From the NCBI GenBank assembly GCA_964522265.1, contig CAZFVS010000018.1, forward strand, positions 1 through 13,644: 13,644 bases of DNA, given 5' to 3'. Source of the stretch: an uncultured Gammaproteobacteria bacterium (GTDB lineage Bacteria > Patescibacteriota > Microgenomatia > Daviesbacterales > UBA10151). This document shows positions 6,869 through 12,422 of the stretch, piece by piece. The translations under genes were made by a program, and so were the position numbers. Under the pieces are notes generated by a model. It did no database searches. It was not told the origin of the DNA and saw only the letters and a list, made by a program, of their open reading frames with translations. Each line of letters starts with the position of its first letter. Positions within the stretch are counted from its first letter, which is position 1.

Positions 6869-7518
6869 AACAAGAAGCAAAGGTCTTAGTCGGGATTGGA
6901 GCAATAACGATTGCAATCTTAGCCATTGCCGCATTGATGTTTAACAGCAGCTCCACTCCAGCGGAGTCTACAGTTTCTTCGGCAGGGGAAAAGTTTCTGC
7001 TTAGGGATAATAGCCACCAGACAGCCTCAGCATCCGCAAAAGTCAATGTAATTGAATTTGGGGATTACCAGTGTCCGGCCTGCAAGGCAGCCTACCCGGT
7101 AGCAGAGCAGATCATTAAAGAATATTCCGGTAAAATAAACTTTGTTTTCAGGAATTTTCCTCTGGCTCAACACAAATACGGGTTACTTTCTGCCGAAGCA
7201 GCAGAAGCAGCGGCAGCACAAGGCAAATTTTGGGAGATGCATAAAATATTATATGAAAATCAGGAAATTTGGTCAGAAAGCCCGCAGGCAGGGGATTTTT
7301 TGGTAGGCTACGCTAAAGATCTTGGGCTGGATGTGAATAAATTTAACGAAGATATAGATGCCAATAAATACTCAAACATAATTTCGCAGGATCAGACAGA
7401 CGGTTTCTCACTCGGGGTGAGGGTCACACCAACCTTTTTTATTAACGGTAAAAAAGCAGAAGGCGTCCCTGAGTATAGTGATTTTAAAAAGAGGATCGAC
7501 CTTGAGCTTAATAAATAA
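6865..7518 (+). CDS. bdbD: membrane-anchored DsbA/BdbD-family thiol:disulfide oxidoreductase
   Basis: N-terminal TM anchor. EFGDYQCPACK (CPxC thioredoxin fold) and the cis-Pro region VTPTFFING. Translationally coupled to bdbC. Confidence 0.85.
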   Translation: MKQEAKVLVGIGAITIAILAIAALMFNSSSTPAESTVSSAGEKFLLRDNSHQTASASAKVNVIEFGDYQCPACKAAYPVAEQIIKEYSGKINFVFRNFPLAQHKYGLLSAEAAEAAAAQGKFWEMHKILYENQEIWSESPQAGDFLVGYAKDLGLDVNKFNEDIDANKYSNIISQDQTDGFSLGVRVTPTFFINGKKAEGVPEYSDFKKRIDLELNK

Positions 7519-7528
7519 TTCAATATAG

Positions 7529-8212
7529 ATGAACTTTGCAGTTATTGTTGCAGCAGGTTCATCATCCCGGATGCGGGGTGTAGACAAAATTTTATTAAAG
7601 ATTAACCGCTATCCTCTCATATACTGGACACTGGGCTGTTTTGAACAATCAAAATCCGTCAATTCCATTATCCTGGTGGTAAAGAAGTCAGATATACGGC
7701 TTTTTAACAGATTGGTAAAAAATTGGGCTTGCCGTAAAATAGCTTCTATTATCCCCGGAGGCGATAATCGGCAGAGTTCGGTAATAAACGGAATCAAAGC
7801 AGCCAGTAGAATCAGTACCCGCAGGCAGGATATTGTTATAGTTCATGATGGCGCCCGCCCTCTGGTTAAACCTCAGCTTTTGGAATCAGTTATCCTATCA
7901 GCGAAGCAGTTTGGTGCTGCGGCAGCAGCAGTCCGGTCTCAAGATACGCTCAAAATGGTTGACAGTGATCTTATGGTCATTAAAACCATTGAGAGAGAAA
8001 ATATCTGGCTTTCACAGACCCCACAGGCAGCCACCCTGAAAAATTTTATCAGAGCCATTAAATTGAGCCAGGAGAAGCATGCAACTGCTACGGATGAAGC
8101 AGGGTTATTTGAACATGCCAAAATACCTGTTAAGGTTGTGGAGGGAGACCGATCAAACATCAAGGTTACTACCCGAAACGATTTAGAAATAGTAAAAAGA
8201 ATCGCGCAATAA
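7529..8212 (+). CDS. ispD: IspD/TarI-family sugar-phosphate cytidylyltransferase
   Basis: VIVAAGSSSRM...DK N-terminal nucleotide-binding loop, GGDNRQSSV and VHDGARPLV motifs of the IspD family. The substrate (MEP versus ribitol-5-P or similar) cannot be decided from sequence alone. Confidence 0.8.
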   Translation: MNFAVIVAAGSSSRMRGVDKILLKINRYPLIYWTLGCFEQSKSVNSIILVVKKSDIRLFNRLVKNWACRKIASIIPGGDNRQSSVINGIKAASRISTRRQDIVIVHDGARPLVKPQLLESVILSAKQFGAAAAAVRSQDTLKMVDSDLMVIKTIERENIWLSQTPQAATLKNFIRAIKLSQEKHATATDEAGLFEHAKIPVKVVEGDRSNIKVTTRNDLEIVKRIAQ

Positions 8213-8230
8213 TCACGCAAATTATTGCGC
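8204..8230. terminator. hairpin between convergent ispD-like and fic genes (possible bidirectional terminator)
   Basis: Perfect 10-bp inverted repeat GCGCAATAAT (8204-8213) / ATTATTGCGC (8221-8230) with the 7-nt loop CACGCAA. The arms contain the last codons and TAA stops of both genes (both end ...AQ*). There is no clean U-tract, so termination activity is uncertain. Confidence 0.45.
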
Positions 8231-9277
8231 AAGCAGGTAGTAAGTGCTGGGACCCTTACCGCAGGATTTGATGAGTTTTTTAAAAACAAGGCTCTTAAGT
8301 TTAAGCTGAGCAGTACGCTTGGCTATGCCTAAAACATCTTGGACGTCACTGCTGGTGATTTTTCCTGTTGTTGTCAGGAAATCCATGATTTGAAGTTCGT
8401 CTTTTGAGAGAAATACCTGTTCAGATTCGTCAGAAGCCCTGCCAAAACCTATTGAGGTGATCGCTTCCTCAACTTTTTGTGCCTCCGCCAAAAACCCCTG
8501 CACAAAATATTCAAGCCAGGATGTAATGTTTTCACCCTCATGGTATTTCCTGCCTTGAGCTGCATTCAGGGCATTATAATAGCTTAACCTATCACGGTTG
8601 TAATAATCCTCTAAAACTAAAATTTTACGGAAGTCCCAACCTTTTTGATAAAGGATTAATTGGGTCAGCAGCCTAGTCAGACGGCCGTTGCCATCAGAGA
8701 AGGGGTGAATGGTGACAAACTGCAGATGAAAAATCCCGGAAATTAAAATCGGGTGTATCTGCTCTTGCTCCGCCCTCTTGAGCCACTCCAAAAGCTCGTT
8801 TAAAAGAAAAGCTACTTTTTTTGAATCAGGGCCCCTGAAGCGCAGATGTTCTCTCCCGTCCCCCAGGTCATCCACCACAAAAATTGACCCGGGACGGAAA
8901 TGCCCGGTTTTATTGGGTTCCAGAAGGTTTTTCATTAAAATTTTATGGAGTTTTAGTATGAAAGAAAGCGATAAGACATGTGCATTAGAAAATTTCTCAA
9001 TTTCCATTAAAGCCTCCTGGTAGTTTTTCACCTCTAAAATACTTTTGTGGTCAGCAACCACTGACATTCCGGATAACACCTTGCCTACCTGAAACTCCGC
9101 CAATTTATTACCCTCAATAGAAGTAGAGGTATGGGCCATTCTTACTATTGCCTGCCTTCTTAGTTGGGCCTCGTTTAGGGGGAGCACCCGCGACCGTTCT
9201 ACTATAGCCTTGATCTCAGTTATTCCGGAGATGGAGTTCAGAAGCGTTGGGGTGATTATAAAATTAGGCCGGAACAT
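8222..9277 (-). CDS. fic: Fic family protein (class II, with N-terminal inhibitory motif and C-terminal winged-helix)
   Basis: HPFSDGNGRLTR matches the Fic core HxFx(D/E)GNGRxxR. STSIEG upstream matches the auto-inhibitory (S/T)xxxE(G/N) motif. The C-terminal about 70 aa (LQIMDFL...GKITSSDVQDVLGIAKRTAQLKLKSLV) looks like a wHTH. AAGGAG lies 3 nt before the ATG. Confidence 0.9.
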   Translation of the reverse strand: MFRPNFIITPTLLNSISGITEIKAIVERSRVLPLNEAQLRRQAIVRMAHTSTSIEGNKLAEFQVGKVLSGMSVVADHKSILEVKNYQEALMEIEKFSNAHVLSLSFILKLHKILMKNLLEPNKTGHFRPGSIFVVDDLGDGREHLRFRGPDSKKVAFLLNELLEWLKRAEQEQIHPILISGIFHLQFVTIHPFSDGNGRLTRLLTQLILYQKGWDFRKILVLEDYYNRDRLSYYNALNAAQGRKYHEGENITSWLEYFVQGFLAEAQKVEEAITSIGFGRASDESEQVFLSKDELQIMDFLTTTGKITSSDVQDVLGIAKRTAQLKLKSLVFKKLIKSCGKGPSTYYLLAQ

Positions 9278-9280
9278 AAA

Positions 9281-9321
9281 CTCCTTATATTATATCACAA
9301 ATCACGCAATTATCACGCAAA
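9281..9321 (-). promoter_or_regulatory. fic promoter region with tandem operator-like repeats
   Basis: On the minus strand: TGATATAAT extended -10 (9297-9289) and AAGGAG SD (9286-9281). Two copies of TTGCGTGAT (plus strand ATCACGCAA, 9301-9309 and 9312-9320) are spaced 11 bp apart over the -35 region. Confidence 0.5.
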
Positions 9322-9368
9322 AAATCGTGCAGCCTGAGTTGCTTTGGGACTTGTTTTCTTATGTAAAT

Positions 9369-9809
9369 ATGGGGTATATTGAATCTCTTATGGATGATCA
9401 ACAGGTTAACGCGGCCCAGATAATTATTAATCTGGAAGGGCTTATCAAAAACCATATTTCTTCAATTGACAAATCTTCTGAAGAGCTAAAAAAGCTCAAA
9501 GAGATGCTGGAAGATATCTTTAAGAATGATCCCACCTATCAGGATCATTTTAAACAGGCAAAAGAGGCAAACCAGATCAAACAAAAGACCAAAAAAGAGA
9601 TTTTAAAACGTCCTCAGCCGGCTGAACTGGACAGCAAGATAAAATACCTCAGGTCACAAATCAAAGAAAGCCGGGGTTCTCTCTCAGATTACCTGCAGGA
9701 ATACCGAAGAATGTCCGGTGTGGATGAAATAGAGGGAGATGACGGAGAGGTTAGAGAGATAGTGTATGTTGCTAAGCTGGTTAAAAAAACACCCAAAATG
9801 CAGCTATGA
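9369..9809 (+). CDS. hypothetical coiled-coil protein
   Basis: The track ORF begins at 9210 but would overlap the fic start and promoter. In-frame ATGs at 9369 (MGYIES...) or 9390 (MDDQQV...) are more plausible. The product is charged and heptad-like (EELKKLKEMLEDIF, KIKYLRSQIKE). No motif recognised. Confidence 0.6.
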   Translation: MGYIESLMDDQQVNAAQIIINLEGLIKNHISSIDKSSEELKKLKEMLEDIFKNDPTYQDHFKQAKEANQIKQKTKKEILKRPQPAELDSKIKYLRSQIKESRGSLSDYLQEYRRMSGVDEIEGDDGEVREIVYVAKLVKKTPKMQL

Positions 9810-9813
9810 TTAC

Positions 9814-9842
9814 TTGATTATTGCAAACCCTCTGGTTATATT
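9814..9842 (+). promoter_or_regulatory. promoter of the DUF1003 gene; possibly gives a leaderless or near-leaderless mRNA
   Basis: TTGATT (9814-9819), 17-nt spacer, TATATT (9837-9842). The ATG at 9851 is only 8 nt past the -10 and has no SD. Confidence 0.4.
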
Positions 9843-9850
9843 TAAACTGT

Positions 9851-10474
9851 ATGCCCAATAATTCAGAGCGTAGGAGACAGTTTTTTAAATCGTTTGAGGC
9901 TAAATCGTTGAGATCCAGATCACTTCTGACCCAGATCGCTGATGATTTGACCAATATCTGTGGGTCAACAAAATTTTTGCTTTTCCATGTTCTGATTTTT
10001 GCTGTTTGGATAGGGGTAAATACAGGTTTGGTTATAGATTTTATTGCCCCCTTCGATCCCTTCCCTTTCGGACTCCTGACAATGGTTGTATCCCTGGAAG
10101 CAATTTTTTTATCCATATTTGTTTTAGTGTCTCAGAACAGGTCTTCTTATATAGGGTCAATCCGGGAAGAGGTGCATTTAAGAGTCAACTTAATTGCCGA
10201 GGAGGAGATTACTAAAATACTCAGTATTTTAGCAGATATGCGTAAACAAATGGGGATTAAACACAAGGATCAGGAGTTAGAAGATATGCTCCAAAGGACT
10301 GATACAAATTATATAGAAAAATCAATTTTGGAACAGATGGAAAGAGCGAGTAAGCCGATTTCGGAGCAGCTGAAAAAAGAGTTTCCGGAGCTGCTTCTTT
10401 ATCCTGTCAAGAAACCAATTGAGATGATGAAGGATTTCGCAACAGGAAACGAATCTAAACCCAACCCCCAGTGA
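9851..10474 (+). CDS. DUF1003 family membrane protein
   Basis: Two TM segments flank FDPFPFGLLTMVVSLEAIFLSIFVLVSQNR, followed by VNLIAEEEI. This is the pattern I recall for DUF1003. The start is set at ATG 9851 because the TTG at 9821 lies inside the putative promoter. Confidence 0.75.
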   Translation: MPNNSERRRQFFKSFEAKSLRSRSLLTQIADDLTNICGSTKFLLFHVLIFAVWIGVNTGLVIDFIAPFDPFPFGLLTMVVSLEAIFLSIFVLVSQNRSSYIGSIREEVHLRVNLIAEEEITKILSILADMRKQMGIKHKDQELEDMLQRTDTNYIEKSILEQMERASKPISEQLKKEFPELLLYPVKKPIEMMKDFATGNESKPNPQ

Positions 10475-10481
10475 TCCAAAC

Positions 10482-10510
10482 TTTCAATTAACATCCCGGT
10501 TTGGTAAAAT
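10482..10510 (+). promoter_or_regulatory. promoter of tRNA-Gln
   Basis: TTTCAA (10482-10487), 17-nt spacer ending in TGG, TAAAAT (10505-10510). This places the transcription start close to tRNA position 1. Confidence 0.45.
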
Positions 10511-10518
10511 TTGCATAT

Positions 10519-10589
10519 TGCGGGATCGTCTAATGGTAGGACAACAGACTCTGGATCTGTTTATCTAGGTTCAAGTCCTAGTCCCGCAG
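10519..10589 (+). tRNA. tRNA-Gln (anticodon CUG)
   Basis: Hand-folded cloverleaf. Acceptor TGCGGGA/TCCCGCA with U1-A72 and discriminator G73. D stem GTCT/GGAC. Anticodon stem ACAGA/TCTGT with loop CTCTGGA. T arm CTAGG-TTCAAGT-CCTAG. CCA is not encoded. Confidence 0.9.
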
Positions 10590-10681
10590 CAAAAAATTTT
10601 CAATTTTTTGCAAGGGACCAGACGAGTAAAACGAGACTGAGTCCCGCAGCAGGGACGGCGTGTTGTCCCGCAGCAAAAAAA
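10581..10681 (+). repeat. three direct copies of the tRNA-Gln 3' end (att-like or scar repeats)
   Basis: GTCCCGCAGCA occurs at 10581-10591 (in the tRNA), 10641-10651 and 10665-10675. The first and third copies share 16 nt, GTCCCGCAGCAAAAAA. A 23-nt AT palindrome (10589-10611) follows the tRNA. Confidence 0.85.
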
Positions 10682-10718
10682 GGAAAGGTATCAGATTAAA
10701 TCAATTTGGAGATACTTG

Positions 10719-10734
10719 TTTTTGATATCAAAAA
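10719..10734. promoter_or_regulatory. perfect 16-bp palindrome upstream of the repeat-containing ORF
   Basis: TTTTTGATATCAAAAA lies 19 nt upstream of the ATG at 10754. An operator or hairpin role is speculative. Confidence 0.25.
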
Positions 10735-10753
10735 GCAGTAGCATGAAAAAACT

Positions 10754-11083
10754 ATGACTGATAAAGATTTCAAAAAGATAGGCAGCTTGCTTGATGAGAA
10801 GTTAATGACATCTGAAAAAAGAATTATGGGTGAGTTAATGACATCTGAAAAAAGAATTATGGGTGAGTTAATGACATCTGAAAAAAGAATTATGGGTGAG
10901 ATAGCAGATTTTATAGATCAGAATCTGCTTCCTCAAATAGCAGAAAAGGCAGATAAAACTGATATCGACCGTTTGGAGAGAAAGCTGGATAAAATATTTG
11001 ACAAGGATTTTGAACAAGACAGGAGATTAGATGAAATTGAGTCTGTTTCCGTCGTTGCTCATGAACTAAAAATTAAAAAATGA
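10754..11083 (+). CDS. hypothetical small coiled-coil protein with an internal 11-aa x3 repeat
   Basis: 109-aa ORF. LMTSEKRIMGE is repeated three times, followed by a charged helical tail (DIDRLERKLDKIFDKDFEQDRRLDEIE). Confidence 0.7.
   Translation: MTDKDFKKIGSLLDEKLMTSEKRIMGELMTSEKRIMGELMTSEKRIMGEIADFIDQNLLPQIAEKADKTDIDRLERKLDKIFDKDFEQDRRLDEIESVSVVAHELKIKK
10801..10899 (+). repeat. perfect 33-bp tandem repeat, 3 copies, in frame
   Basis: GTTAATGACATCTGAAAAAAGAATTATGGGTGA at 10801-10833, 10834-10866 and 10867-10899, with no mismatch. Confidence 0.97.
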
Positions 11084-11117
11084 TCAAACTCCTTAATTCT
11101 AGCTGAAAGGTGTATAC

Positions 11118-11174
11118 GATCCGCTAGCTCACCTACACATATCTATTGACTTTAATAATCTAAAGTGATTAAAT
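11118..11174 (+). promoter_or_regulatory. promoter module copy A (conserved 11-mer plus promoter)
   Basis: GCTCACCTACA (11127-11137), 8 nt, TTGACT (11146-11151), 17-nt spacer ending in TGA, TTAAAT (11169-11174). Lies upstream of the ORF at 11185. Confidence 0.5.
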
Positions 11175-11184
11175 CTAATCAAAT

Positions 11185-11880
11185 ATGGTTGAAACTGGTA
11201 GAAAGCCAAATCCTTTAATAGATCAAGTTTTTCAACAAAACAAAGCACAAGAAGCTCAAAGACAAAGCGAAGTACAAGCAAAGCAGATGCTTCCAGATTT
11301 CAAAACACAACTTGGTGGCTTGATTACTACAAAAGTTCCCGCACCCGAGGTAATTATCGAACAGGTTACTCGTTTTAATTATAGAGATGACATGGATGAC
11401 TTTAGACAAAGTCGTAGAAAAAGGCAACTAAAAACAAAGCTAACTGCGGCAATTCCTTTAGAAGATGGTGAGGTAGTAAAAGTTACAATTTCAGCTTCGG
11501 CTTACCCAGAAGCAGACAACCCTGGATCTGCAAAAAGTTTAGACTATCAAGTTGATGTAGAAGACTTAGGTAAAATCTTAATTATTGAAGGTTCACAAGC
11601 AATTTTACAGTCAAAGAGATGGGAGAGTGAACATCTTACTATTCACACACCTATTGGTGTTCCATTGCCAAATTGGCCTGCGTGGGAGCATCCAGTAAGA
11701 GCAGAAGATATTCAGGAATATCAAGCACTATTGGAAAGTTTGAATCAAGAAGGAGTAACATTTGAAGGGTCAACACCTCCAATTATCAATAGAGATTATT
11801 CTGAAATGAGAGCTCAAATTAAACTCCCAAACGCACAACAGCAATATAGGCAATCTCCTAAAAAACAACGCTATTTATAA
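11185..11880 (+). CDS. hypothetical protein, no recognisable domain
   Basis: 231-aa ORF with a Gln/Lys-rich N-terminus, no TM segment and no signal peptide. Codon usage is strongly A/T-ending. Confidence 0.65.
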   Translation: MVETGRKPNPLIDQVFQQNKAQEAQRQSEVQAKQMLPDFKTQLGGLITTKVPAPEVIIEQVTRFNYRDDMDDFRQSRRKRQLKTKLTAAIPLEDGEVVKVTISASAYPEADNPGSAKSLDYQVDVEDLGKILIIEGSQAILQSKRWESEHLTIHTPIGVPLPNWPAWEHPVRAEDIQEYQALLESLNQEGVTFEGSTPPIINRDYSEMRAQIKLPNAQQQYRQSPKKQRYL

Positions 11881-11909
11881 ACTCAAACTCTAGTTTGTAT
11901 TATAAAAAT

Positions 11910-12335
11910 ATGGGTGAGCAAGAGGAAGAAATGAAACAACCATCACTAGAAGAAAGGTTGAGAGGTGTAGGTATTGAAATGTCAATACAAGAACCGAAAA
12001 GCACTTTAAATGATGGATATATTCGACTCATCGGAGAAACAGGGAGAATCTTACAACTCGTAGAAGAATTGATAGATACTCCCGCGTACAGTCAATCTCG
12101 TAAAAAAGGAATTAAACAAGAGCTAACACGAATTTTTAGGAGAAATGGTGCAGGTAGTATTGATCTATTAATTCTCGACGACAATAGTCGAAGGTATATG
12201 GTTCGACTTCTTACACAAAAAGTCGATAATAAAATGATTACGGCGTCCTTTGGTGGGGGTGGAAATTTAACACACTTTAGTGATATGAGGAAAGTATTCG
12301 AAACATCAGCTGAAAATTTCCTTAAGAAAAAATAA
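11910..12335 (+). CDS. hypothetical protein, no recognisable domain
   Basis: ORF open from TTG 11895. Candidate starts are ATG 11910 (MGEQEEE...) and ATG 11931 (MKQPSLE...), the latter preceded by GAGGAAGAA. It lies 15-50 nt after the previous stop, so it is probably co-transcribed. Confidence 0.6.
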   Translation: MGEQEEEMKQPSLEERLRGVGIEMSIQEPKSTLNDGYIRLIGETGRILQLVEELIDTPAYSQSRKKGIKQELTRIFRRNGAGSIDLLILDDNSRRYMVRLLTQKVDNKMITASFGGGGNLTHFSDMRKVFETSAENFLKKK

Positions 12336-12350
12336 GAATTCTATAATAGT

Positions 12351-12409
12351 GATTCGACTATGCTCACCTACAAATCTGCATTGATTTATTAGATTATATG
12401 ATCCATAAT
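12351..12409 (+). promoter_or_regulatory. promoter module copy B (conserved 11-mer plus promoter)
   Basis: GCTCACCTACA (12362-12372), 8 nt, TTGATT (12381-12386), 17-nt spacer, CATAAT (12404-12409). Lies upstream of the GH1 gene. Confidence 0.5.
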
Positions 12410-12422
12410 AACCACATTAAGA

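Noticed and set aside
9210-9368. N-terminal 53 aa of track ORF 9210-9809
   Set aside because: This stretch overlaps the first 68 nt of fic and its entire promoter/operator region on the opposite strand. The in-frame ATGs at 9369 or 9390 give a non-overlapping gene.
1826-10651. Shared 9-mer CCGCAGCAG between the minus strand of the GC-rich mini-gene (1840-1832) and the second tRNA-end repeat (10643-10651)
   Set aside because: The match is only 9 nt, lies in GC-rich contexts and has no extended similarity on either side. It is insufficient to link the two loci.
10581-10681. Reading the three GTCCCGCAGCA copies as a miniature CRISPR array
   Set aside because: The repeat is only 11-16 nt, the spacers are 49 and 13 nt (uneven), the first copy is part of a tRNA, and no cas genes are present.
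10511-10699. 62-aa ORF spanning the tRNA and its repeats
   Set aside because: It overlaps a well-folding tRNA-Gln and GC-rich repeats, and it has no SD.
516-11427. Short antisense or off-frame track ORFs: 516-722, 762-965, 1911-2096, 1918-2127, 3140-3451, 3682-4008, 4825-5079, 6825-7046, 7609-7797, 7845-8039, 7939-8289, 8778-9023, 9781-10116, 10006-10215, 11215-11427
   Set aside because: Each lies inside or antisense to a longer ORF with clear family motifs. Their products are low-complexity or Arg/Ser/Cys-rich, typical of shadow frames, and none has start signals.
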